Source: an uncultured cyanobacterium (GTDB taxonomy: Bacteria; Cyanobacteriota; Cyanobacteriia; Cyanobacteriales; CAWUOF01). From it: a DNA stretch of 64,000 bases. The notes beneath the pieces were generated by a model that worked only from the letters and a program-made list of their open reading frames with translations, ran no database searches and was not told the origin of the DNA. The DNA is taken from positions 7,296,001 to 7,360,000 of the forward strand of contig CAVUSO010000001.1 of assembly GCA_963744145.1 (NCBI GenBank), read 5' to 3'. Numbering within the stretch: position 1 is the first letter of the stretch; each line of letters begins with the position of its first letter. Of this stretch, positions 43,888 through 54,700 are shown piece after piece. The translations under genes were made by a program, and so were the position numbers.

Positions 43888-46617
43888 TTAAAGCCAATTA
43901 CCAACTAAAACAAAAGGAGACCAGAAAAAAGGATGTTGATACTTAGAATGGATTAAAGATATCTGAGCTTGACGTAAAGCTTCAGCTTTGCTAGAAGCAT
44001 CTGTGGTTAATTGATGATAAAAATTGATCATTAATTCAGCCGTAGATTCGTCTCGCACTGACCATAAAGTAGCCATGGTACTGCGGGCACCCGATCGCAG
44101 AGCAATTCCGGCAATTCCTAGAGCAGCTCGTCGATCGCCATCTGCTGTTTGACAAGCACTTAAGACTAAAAGTTGCAGCGGATTTGGCGATTTTCTGGAT
44201 TGGAATGCGAGTAAATCTCCAAATTCTTTGACGTTGATTTCTCCATCCCAAGTGAGGAGAAAAGTTTGTTCAGCATCAGAACTAAATTGACCGTGGGTAG
44301 CTAGATGGATGATATCAAAAGCATTTTCTTCGATTTGGCTTTTTAAACCAGTACGAGTAAATTTTTGATCAAGTAAAGTATGGGAATGGTGGTCTAATTG
44401 AGAAAGAATTTCCTTAATTTCAAGTTTGACTCCTGGTAAAGAAGGAAACCCTTGACGAGATTCAGTCAATCCAGCCGTAAGACTATGTAATCTGTTTTTT
44501 GATAAAGTTTGTGGACTGAGCAAATATAATCCCGAACTCAGAGCAACAGCATAATTTTCGATCAGGTATTGTTTGCCATCATAAAGAGCTGACATGGGAA
44601 TATTGCGGAGAAATCCATCTAAAACGAATACTATAGTTTTAATTTTTTGACGATCTAAATCTGGTTTAACTGGCTTAACCAGCCAGTTATAAACTATCTC
44701 CGAATAGCGTAACCTTTCTTGATCGGAATAGTCATAATTGAAGGAAGAATAAAGTGTTTTTAAAGTCTGATCTACTTCAATTTCAGAGAGTTTAGTAGCA
44801 TAGTGTCTGAGTGGTTGGTGAGGAACAGAAACAATCACTTCTAAGCGATCGCTCAGAAAAACAGGATAAATTACTGCTGCGGTTGGATCGATCTGGTCAA
44901 CCGCCACCGGGCCAGTTCTTAAACAAGTATCTTGGAAATAATTATCTAGTTCAGCTAATTGTAAAAATTTGATCACATTACGAGCCAGTTTCATGTCCTC
45001 TTGACTCGCATTTTCTGACAATAATAAATCGATTAGTTGGCGATGAATGGGTTCAGCGTTCTCATTAAAACTAAACTGAATTTCCCGGTTATTAGCAATG
45101 AGGTCACTGCGTAAATTTTGAATTGCCTGAAAAGCTTCTTGATAGTTAGCGAGGGCTTCTTGGCGTTTACCTTCTTGTTTAAGTAAATGACCAACTTGCC
45201 AAGCAGTAGTAACAATTAATTCATTAGAATTTTTCAGTTGTGCAATTTTTAGAGCAATTTGAGCAAGCTGTTTAGCATCTTCATCCTGTTGTTGGTATTC
45301 ATAAACCTTACTGAGTTGATTAATCGCATAAGCTTCGGCAATTTGATCGTTAATTGTTCGCGCTACATTAATTGCTTTGGTTAAATCTTGCACCCTTTCT
45401 TGCCAATTAATTACCCTGGCATTTTTTTGATTTTGATCTACCAGTTTCATCAAACTCTGGTTGAGATTGACTTGAGTAAAAACATAGTAACGACTAGGTG
45501 GAATCTGGGCAATTTCCGCTTTAACTTCAGGTAGAATGGCGATCGCTTGATCTGCCAATTTTTGCGCCACCATTAAACTTAATTGATTTAATTGAATTTT
45601 GGCTTTTAATCCAGGGTTAGTCGTAATTCTTAAGGCTTTTTTATAAAAATCAAATGCTTCTTCGATCGCATCGTAATCTCTCGCTAGATTAGCTATATCT
45701 AATAAAGTAGCAGCCCGATCATTATTAGTTATTTTCGCATCTTTAATCGCTAAACTTTTTTCGAGGACTTTGACGGATTTGGTAAATTCTCCCATTAATC
45801 TTAATGTTACTCCCAAGCTCCGTAATCCCGATGCTTTTAATACTGGATCAGGTTCTTGTTGAATTTCTTGGAGCGTTTCTTCTAACAATTTCCGACTCCG
45901 CTGATACTGTCCCATGCTCCGGATTGCTTGAGCTTGATTGATTTTGCTCCCCCACATCCCCTGAGAATTTCCGGCTTTTTTGTACAGAGATTCAGATTGT
46001 ATCCAACTTGCTAAAGCTAATTCAGCTTGTCCTGTTTTTAGTTGCGATTTTCCTTGGGTATTCAGAGCTTGTGCTAATACAGACCATCCAATTGGATCTG
46101 CTGCAGCTTGATTTTCCAATAACTTGATGCTACTTTCAATGGCTTTATCGGCCAGTTGCCATTCTCCTAAATCTTGATATGCTGAAGATATGTTAGTTAA
46201 TAATGATGCTTGGGGTAAAATTAGTTTCTCAGATGCTAGAATATTTAGGGCTTGTTGCCAAATCGCGATCGCTTCTTGATAGCGTCCCTCTTGCTCGAGT
46301 TTTCTTCCTTGTTCTATTAATCCTTCTGGTGTTTGGACTTGTTCAACCACTCCCATATTTGTTGGGACATGGGCAAAAACTGGCATCACTAGCGTTACTA
46401 ATAATAAAGCTACCAAACCTAACCCTAAATAAAAAGAAGATCTGGCTAACTTTCTCAGGAAGTTTTCCAGAAGTAATACCAATTTAATGTGAAGTTGCAC
46501 AAAGCTAAATCCCCCTAAATCCCCCTTAAGAAGGGGGACTTTTAATTCTGGCTCCCCCTTTTTAAGGGGGTTGGGGGGATCAATTCTATGCAGCTTTTTT
46601 TTGAAAAATTTATACAT
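43888..46617 (-). CDS. TPR-CHAT (caspase-like clan CD) protease
   Basis: Hydrophobic signal/TM segment, TPRs, catalytic HLATHG and LSACQTA, ending HPFFWSPFVLVGNWL. Confidence 0.93.
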   Translation of the reverse strand: MYKFFKKKLHRIDPPNPLKKGEPELKVPLLKGDLGGFSFVQLHIKLVLLLENFLRKLARSSFYLGLGLVALLLVTLVMPVFAHVPTNMGVVEQVQTPEGLIEQGRKLEQEGRYQEAIAIWQQALNILASEKLILPQASLLTNISSAYQDLGEWQLADKAIESSIKLLENQAAADPIGWSVLAQALNTQGKSQLKTGQAELALASWIQSESLYKKAGNSQGMWGSKINQAQAIRSMGQYQRSRKLLEETLQEIQQEPDPVLKASGLRSLGVTLRLMGEFTKSVKVLEKSLAIKDAKITNNDRAATLLDIANLARDYDAIEEAFDFYKKALRITTNPGLKAKIQLNQLSLMVAQKLADQAIAILPEVKAEIAQIPPSRYYVFTQVNLNQSLMKLVDQNQKNARVINWQERVQDLTKAINVARTINDQIAEAYAINQLSKVYEYQQQDEDAKQLAQIALKIAQLKNSNELIVTTAWQVGHLLKQEGKRQEALANYQEAFQAIQNLRSDLIANNREIQFSFNENAEPIHRQLIDLLLSENASQEDMKLARNVIKFLQLAELDNYFQDTCLRTGPVAVDQIDPTAAVIYPVFLSDRLEVIVSVPHQPLRHYATKLSEIEVDQTLKTLYSSFNYDYSDQERLRYSEIVYNWLVKPVKPDLDRQKIKTIVFVLDGFLRNIPMSALYDGKQYLIENYAVALSSGLYLLSPQTLSKNRLHSLTAGLTESRQGFPSLPGVKLEIKEILSQLDHHSHTLLDQKFTRTGLKSQIEENAFDIIHLATHGQFSSDAEQTFLLTWDGEINVKEFGDLLAFQSRKSPNPLQLLVLSACQTADGDRRAALGIAGIALRSGARSTMATLWSVRDESTAELMINFYHQLTTDASSKAEALRQAQISLIHSKYQHPFFWSPFVLVGNWL
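46477..46614. mobile_element. 138-bp MITE/REP element inserted in frame in the CHAT 5' end
   Basis: One end is TACCAATTTAATGTGAAGTTGCAC, related to the 297-bp MITE TIR; the other end is degenerate. Internal CCCCCTTAAGAAGGGGG and CCCCCTTTTTAAGGGGG hairpins. Confidence 0.75.
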
Positions 46618-48482
46618 ACTAGATTTTTGAGTTTACCTTGATCCGAGAGTTACTCGATTAACTTTAATTATTTTAAGTGTTGCTCTTGTTCACTAAAATA
46701 TTTATCACTGCTACTTTAATCTGTTATAATTTCTAGGTTAAATTTTTAGTTAACCCTAGTTTTCTAAATTTATTAGGCACTGCCAGTAATCTAGCGCGAT
46801 CGGTACAGAAAAAAGATTAAAATTAGGTTAAGCTATGTTTAAAATCCTTGACAATTCCTGGGGCGATCGGCTAGGAGCGGCGAGTTCGGCCCAGAAGCGC
46901 TCAAAACAATTTCTCCTTTTTCATTGATTTGCCATCCTGTGACTTCTCTAATTACTGGTAAGGTGGGAGTTGTTAATCTAGCCGAAGAATTAGCAGAATT
47001 TTGGGATAAGACTTGACTGGTGTAATCTGTGTAATCTTGCCAAATATCCTCACTATTAAATGGTTTGCTCGGATCATCTGATAAACCACCCCTTCTGGTG
47101 ATCTTAAACGTATCGCCACTACGTTTGGTACAATCGGCAATAATTTGATGAGAAGCATCAGCGAATTGTTGTGGTAGTTCGATTAATTCCGCACTGGTTT
47201 TAAGATCAGGAGTATTGACTTTGACATTACCAGAAATTCCAAATTGAGAAGAAGCAGTAATATTACTATCAGGAGAAAGGAACAAACCCGTAGTAGTAAT
47301 TAAAATATTACCACCGCTACCTCGGACAGCATTAGCATTAATGGTACTACCTTCAATGGCAGCGATCGTACCAGAATTAATGGTCAAATTGCCCCCATCA
47401 CCAACTGAGCCTAAAGCATCTACAATGATTTCACCACTATGGCGTAATTGCAAGGAATCTTGCACATTCAGAATCACATTACCACCCTGTCCAGATGCGG
47501 TAGAGCCAGTAATAAAGCCACCACGCTGTAATAATACATCTGTAGCATTTAACTGGAATTTTCCCGCATTTCCAGTTCCTTGATGTTGTACACCAACTCG
47601 CGCCCCATCTTGCACTGTCAGACGACCTGTATTAATAGTTAATTCACCTGTATTTCCTGAAAAATTAGGTGGCAATCCGAAATAATTGAGAATTTCATCA
47701 TTTAATTTAAAACCACTAGCTGAGATATCTGAAGGCTCTCCATCAGATTTAGTACCGCTAACCAAAATTGAGTCTGGGGCGTTAATTGTAACTTTACCAG
47801 CATTCCCAGAAGTGCTAGTTGTAGAATTTACTTGTCCGCCATCAAGAACGGTTAATTTAGGCGTATTAATCAGAGTATTACCTGCATTTCCAAATGCAAA
47901 AGTATAGGTGCTGATATAACTCGCAGCCAATAAAAGCGATGGGGGTGCTGTTCCAACCACTTCAATACTCTCAGATGCCTTGATATTAATATTACCACCA
48001 TTTCCCGTTCCATTTCCTGGTAATTCTTGTCCGATTCGATTAAGGGGAGAAGTATATATAGTTGATCCTAGTAAACCTCCATTTGTAATGCTTAATCTAG
48101 AGGTAGATAAATTCACATCACCCGCCGAGCCACTGTTATAAGTTACGCTACTGATTGCGCTATAAATAGGAGTATTATCATTACTATTTATAGCTCCATT
48201 AATATTTACTAACTGGCTAGCATCAATAGTAATATTGCCAGCATTGCCTGTTCCATTTCTAGGTGCTGGTTCTGCGATTTGGTAAGGAAATACTGCTGTT
48301 AAAATTTCACTTCCACTGTCAAGTCTCAATTGTTGGGTTGATATCGCTACATTCCCTCCATTTGATCCTCCCGAAGTATCTGACCAAATTCCCCCACTGA
48401 AATCACTTTCAAAGGAATTTATTCCATTTGCGGAGATTGAGTCAGAAGCATTAACGCTGATATCTCCTCCAATTCCATTTCC

Positions 48483-49939
48483 CAGGGTAAGAGCATCTCA
48501 ATTAGGCTTGACACAAGGATTAAGAAGGATCTAATGTAGACTCAGAGAAACAAGAAAGGAGGATTTGGAGCATATAATTATTATCCATAGCAGCGCGTTT
48601 ACTTTTCTGGCGTAAACTGCGTTTGTAAGTTGACTCGCGATTAAGAGCGTTGAGAGCTAATCGTCTGAGCAGAGAAAAGTTACGAGGACTGTGAAAAGAA
48701 CGAATGCGACAGCTATCTTCAAAAAAAGTACAATCTAAAGTCCAGTGTGCAGAATTTTCGATTTCCCAATGTTGACGAATAGCTCGACCTATGAATTCAG
48801 CATTGTTGTCTAAAGAAGTAAGATAGTATTGAGTCTCGCAAGTAGTTTTGTTCCAAAGATGACGGATACGATGAATGATGACAATACTTTTTAAACCTGC
48901 CCATAATTTGGGTTGGTAAAGGTCAGGAATGGCCGTAATAGGGAACACCCAAACTTCACGAATTTCCACCCGATGATGCCCTTTCTCAATCCGTTTGTCA
49001 TGAGTGAAATCAATTCCTGAAAAATTATTTTTCTGTGCAGTTTGGAAGAATTGTTGTACCTGATTATGTAAAGTTGGATGATTGGCTTTAAGTGTCAGAA
49101 TATAATCAGCTTTTTTATCAATAATCTTTTGAGCAATTTCGGTTTGGGTCCCCATCGCATCAATAGTAATAATTGAGCCAGCGATATCAAGTAACTCTAG
49201 TAATGCTGGAATAGCTGTAATTTCATTGGATTTATCTTGGACTTTCATTTGTGCTAAAACTAATCGTTGTTCACTAGCCCACGCACTAATCAAATGTAAT
49301 GCTGATTGTCCTTGATTTCGGTCATAGGAACCTCTGACAGTCTTCCCATCTATGGCAATTACTTCTCCTCCCATTTGAGTAACTAAGGTGTTTACCCAAG
49401 CTTGAAAACATTGCTCCAATTGGTTGGGGTTAATACTTTCAAATACTCGACGAAAGGTATCATCTGAGGGAATACCATTGGGTAATTCTAAAAACTCTTC
49501 TAGCCAAATTTGTTTACTAATCCCATAATTCTCAATGTCTTCCCAGCCTTGTGCTCCAGCTATTATGGCCAGAATTGCCATCACTAAAATGTCTATCAAT
49601 AAGTGTTTTTTTGTTCGGTTTACTCTCGGGTCTTCAACATCTTCAAAATGCTTGACTAAACTCTGTTGTATTTCCATCAAGTCAGCTACTACTTGGTTTT
49701 TCCTAGCAGAATGGGAGTTTTGTTTAGCATTAGCTATATTGATATCGAACCCTTGAGACATTTGAATATTCCTGGAGATTATGAGTTGGACGGTATAGTT
49801 TTTCACCTACCACTCTCTATGCTCTTTTGTCAACTATTTTCTCTACCAGATTTGTGATGTTCTGATCTCGATGGCTATATTTCATATTTGATGAAAATAT
49901 TCTGTATCCTCGGTGACAAAATTAGATGCGCTAACCCTG
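48483..49939 (-). mobile_element. ISAs1-family insertion sequence
   Basis: TIRs CAGGGTAAGAGCATCT / AGATGCGCTAACCCTG, with an 11-bp direct repeat ATTCCATTTCC on both flanks. Confidence 0.93.
48520..49761 (-). CDS. ISAs1 family transposase
   Basis: DPR, PSDDTFRR, IAIDGKT, KSNEI, TIDAMG and HWEIEN motifs; ORF intact. Confidence 0.95.
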   Translation of the reverse strand: MSQGFDINIANAKQNSHSARKNQVVADLMEIQQSLVKHFEDVEDPRVNRTKKHLLIDILVMAILAIIAGAQGWEDIENYGISKQIWLEEFLELPNGIPSDDTFRRVFESINPNQLEQCFQAWVNTLVTQMGGEVIAIDGKTVRGSYDRNQGQSALHLISAWASEQRLVLAQMKVQDKSNEITAIPALLELLDIAGSIITIDAMGTQTEIAQKIIDKKADYILTLKANHPTLHNQVQQFFQTAQKNNFSGIDFTHDKRIEKGHHRVEIREVWVFPITAIPDLYQPKLWAGLKSIVIIHRIRHLWNKTTCETQYYLTSLDNNAEFIGRAIRQHWEIENSAHWTLDCTFFEDSCRIRSFHSPRNFSLLRRLALNALNRESTYKRSLRQKSKRAAMDNNYMLQILLSCFSESTLDPS

Positions 49940-51578
49940 ATTCCATTTCCTTGAGTTAGAGAATAAATTCCCCCTCCATTAGATAAAGTTAATCGATCTG
50001 TGGACAGAGCAATTTTTCCGCCATTTCCTCCACCCAAACTTATACTATTTAAGCCACTACCAAAGGAATAAAAAGGGTTGGCATTATTGGCGATAATATC
50101 GGTAGCATTGACAGTAATATTACCACCATTTCCCGGGGCATTTTGTCCTACCAATGTAGTGATTTGCCCCCCATTAGTTAGCATCATTTCTCTAGTTGAG
50201 ATTTTGATATCTCCTCCATTACCAGTCGCAAAATTTTCGCTACTGATCCGACTATTAGGATTTTTGTCTAGCTGAATTGGAGTAGTGCTGGTTGGTGATA
50301 CCCCATCGATGTTAATTGTATCGGCTGTGACTGTAATATTTCCAGCTATTCCTTGTCCTAAATTTAAGGTTTCGATCCGTCCCCCATCTTGAATATTGAT
50401 TTGGGGTGCAGTAACAGCGATCGCACCTCCTTGACTACTAGATCCTGATTCAATTTGATTCACAATTGCGGAACTTAAACCAGAGTTTGTCCCAGCAATT
50501 TCCAGAGATTTACTAGCAGCGATCGCGATATTACTCCCAGTTCCAATCCCATTATTACTCGCGCTAATTTGGGAACCATTGAGGATACCGATATCACCAC
50601 CAACTAAGGAAATACCACTATTACCTAGGTTGGAAACATTCACGACCGAGGAACTCAAGGTAATATTGCCAAACTGTTGCACCTGAGCATATCCTAAAGT
50701 CCATCCAGATAGATTTTGGGAAAGACTAACTTGTCCTAATTTCACGCTCCCAATTTCAATCCGTCCTCCGGTCGCGATCGCACTGGCACCTGTTAAAACT
50801 ACATCTCCACCAACTAATGCTAATGTATTTCCAGGCGCAACCGTTAAACTTCCTGAACTTTGCACTGTCCCTGAATTAGGTTGATTCCATTGTAAACCGA
50901 TCGGAACATTCATGCTCAACAATGGAGGAGCCTGTGGATTACTAGCACTATAAATACTACCATTGGATAGTTGAATACTGTTAGCGGTACTACCGAAAAA
51001 AGCACCACCAATATTTAAGCTGGTATTCGGTCCAAAAATTATCCCGTTCGGATTAGTTAAAAATAAATTTGCTCTACCGTTAGTATGAATTGAACCATCT
51101 ATATTAGAAATATTCTTACCTGTGACACGGGTGAGAATATTGTCAATTCCAATTGCATTATTAAAAAATGCTCCTGTATTCGTAGGAATCGAAAATTCTT
51201 GGAAACTATGGAAAAGTATATTACCTGATCTGGTCCCCCCTTCAATTTGAAAGGTATTCCCTTGATGGCTTACAACTGAAGGTTGAGATAACGTAGCATC
51301 AGGAACAATTTGGGCTGTTGCTATATTTGCCCAACTCAGAAATATAATTATGCTAAAACTACGGCATAGCATAGAGTTTTCCTAGGCGTATTTATAACGC
51401 ACTTATGAAACAGATTTAGTTCAAACTTACATAACCTCTTCTTAACATCCCATCGTTATATTATAATAAAACTAAGATCAGATTAAGATTAGTTTAAAGA
51501 CTATCAGTAAATAGGCGATCGGGGGATGACTCCCCCTTAAAAAGCAGGGCTATTTCATGCTCGATTCTCATATAATCT

Positions 51579-51703
51579 GACCTAACCCCCCAACCTCTTC
51601 CCTAGGAGGGCAGGGGGAGTAATTAAGATGATTAAATTGATGGGAGTGAATCAGACTCATTCTTGCTCCCCTTTCCTCTTAGGAGAGGGGTTGGGGGAGA
51701 GGT
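51579..51703. repeat. G/C-run REP-like repeat
   Basis: Second copy of the family at 25375-25470. Confidence 0.75.
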
Positions 51704-51781
51704 TCTGCTATCAAATAATATATGATTGTATGATAATTATGCGATCGCTATATGAGCAAAAAAAATCAGCCTAAATTAAAT

Positions 51782-54700
51782 TTAGTTTAAATTCCCTTGA
51801 CAAGAGGATGGGTAGAGAAAGGAAGAAAGAGAATTTGCTTCAGATGTAACTAAAACAATTTCTCCTTTTTCATTAACTTTCCAACTATTTGCTTCCCTAA
51901 TTATTGGTAAGGTAGGAGTTATTAATTTAGCCGAAGAATGAGCAGAATTTCGTCCTAAAAATTGACTGGTGTAATCTGTCCGATCTTGCCAAATATCCTC
52001 ACTATTAAATGTTTGACTTGGCTCTTCTGATCTCCCACTCCGTCCACTTACCTTAAATGTATCTCCACTCCGTTTGGTACAACCGGCTACAATTTGATGA
52101 GCAGGATCAGTAAATTGTTGTGGTAAATTAATGAATGCAGCTACAGATTGGATATCAGGAGTATGGACAGAAACATTTCCAGACACTCCAAATTGGGAAG
52201 AAGCTGTAATCTGACTATCAGGGAAAGTAAACAATCCTTGAGTAGTAATAAAAATATTACCCCCCTCTCCTTTAACAGCATTAGCACTGATGATGCTAGT
52301 TTCCAAATTAGCTAAAGTATCTGTATTAATATTAATATTACCCCCATTCGCAATCCCTTGAGCTTGCACAGTAATTTGACTTTGATCGCGTAACAGTAGA
52401 CTGTGGGAATTAATGGTAACATTTCCCCGATCGCCCGAAATAGCTGAGACGGCAATTTGCCCATGATTATTCAGCAATACCGAATTAGCTTGAATATCCA
52501 CATTTCCAGCTTGAGAAACTCCCTGTCCGACCTGGGGAACATCAGCAATTTGGAAGTTACTTGCGTTAATTAAAGCACCATCACGAACAATTAACTGATT
52601 CGTTTTAATCGCAATATTACCCGCATCTCCGATCGCACTTGCAGCATTAGTAAATATGCCATTACTACTAATGCTATCAGTTCCAGCAAGTTCCACGCGA
52701 TCGCGAGCATTAACTGTGATATTGCCACCTTTTCCATTCCCAATACTCGAACTAGTTAGACGTACACCTACTCCCTGATCTAACAATAGCGTACCTGTAT
52801 TAATTACAATATTACCTGAATCTCCATAAAAACGAGTATTAGCAGTAATCCCGGCTGTCGTACTACCAAAAGTCCGACTACTAGCACCGATTAATTTAAT
52901 TTGATTAGCTGCATTAATAGTTAGTGTTCCTGTTTTACCTGTTCCTTGAGTATCGGTAGAAATATTTCCTTGCTGAATCAGTAAATTACCAGTATTAATA
53001 GTCAAATCTCCCCCATTACCACTGTCATTAATTCTTGCTACAATTCCGGAGGTACTGGTATTAATTAAGTTGATATCTTGGGCAGAATTTATCAATAAAC
53101 TACTCCCCATACTGTTAGGTTGGGAACTAAAGGTATTAACATTTATTTCTGCACCATTTTGCACTGTTAACGTTCTCGTATCAATTCTTAATAGTCCCCC
53201 GTTACCAGTAGCTCCTGGTCTAATTTGGGAAAATATCCCACTGCTGTCTATATTATTAGATGATACTCCTGATATCTGAATCTGATCAGCAATAATATTG
53301 AGATTACCAAGATTACCAGCACCATTGATATTACCAGCAATCCGAGCGCCATTGCTAATTAATAATTTATTAGTATTAACATTCAGATTTCCCGTGTTTC
53401 CTAGTCCAGAAGATAGGGTTAAAATCCCACTATTTACTTGTTGGTTAGGATTAAAATTGTTAGGATTTAGATTAGTAGCTTTAATCACTGATGGATTACC
53501 AGGATTAGCAACAGAAATTTGTAAAGTGTAAGTTTGTCCCGGTTGGGGAGCTTTCCCCTCTAAAGGTACATTATCTGAAAGAGTAGTATTATAAACACCA
53601 ACCGCAATCACATAAGTACCTGGTTGTTTGAGCGTAGTAGAAAGATAGGAATCGTTCCTAAATGTACTACCTCCAGCACCATTTGTGATCGGAGAATCAT
53701 CATTACTACCAAGTAATGCTCCCGTCTTGCGATCGAATAAGAATATCTGGGTATCAATATTACCTGGAGCTAGACGTACAGAAGTTTTTTCACCATAATC
53801 GATATCAAAAATAGCTTTTGAATTCGGTTGACTGGTCGCAAATTGATAGTAGTCATAAGAGGTAGTTGCTGGACCTAATGGTGTTCCCCCCTGAACTACT
53901 TGGGTTGGTGTTCCCCCTAGAACAATTTGAGTAGGTGTTCTCGAAACAGAGACATGGGGAATAGTCTGGGATGATTCTATATTTGGATTAGCTTGGGTAT
54001 TAAAATTACTGGGAACGAGCGTATAGCTGGTGACTTGATCAAAAGGATTATTAGTAAAGTTGTTACTAATCCCGTCTAATGATGCTGTATCTGTAACTTT
54101 TACATTAATATCTCCCCCATTACCTTTACTAGTGCTTGAAGTCAGAACTTGTCCTCCAGTTTGGAATTGTAAATTACCTGTATTGATCTGGATTAGTCCA
54201 CTCGGATTATTACTATTAGTTACTGTCGCGATAAAACCCCGATCCGATATATTTAAACTCCCCTGGGGATTATTAATTGTAATGTTCCCACTCGGACCAC
54301 TGGTTTCATTGAGGGAACGAGTTAAAATCCCACTAAAAAGTCCATCCGTTGTAAACCCAGAAATATCAATATTGTTCTGAGCATTAATTACAATATTTCC
54401 TGATGCTCTACTATCACTGGTGATCGTTTGAATTCGTGAACCATCTTGTAATTTTAAAGTACCCGTATTAATTTGAATCGGTTGGAAACTATTCCCAATT
54501 AAACTTTGTTGACTCAACCGAGTAGCTTGGGTAGTATTAATCGCGATCGCTCCTGATGTTCCTTGGATTTGACTAGCGGTTAAATCCAGATTATTACTAT
54601 TAAGATTAATTTCACCTCCTTGCAATTGAGCGGTTTGGAAACTAAGATCAGTTGCTAATAAAGATAAATTGCCAGAACTAGTTAAATTACTTCCTTGAAA

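Larger units (their letters stand above)
46839..51372 (-). pseudogene. Filamentous haemagglutinin / TPS-domain exoprotein interrupted by ISAs1
   Basis: TPS domain (LFHSFQEFS, NPNGIIFG) and GxGGxIxI beta-helix repeats. Excising the IS plus one TSD restores TQGNGIGGDISVNAS. Confidence 0.9.
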
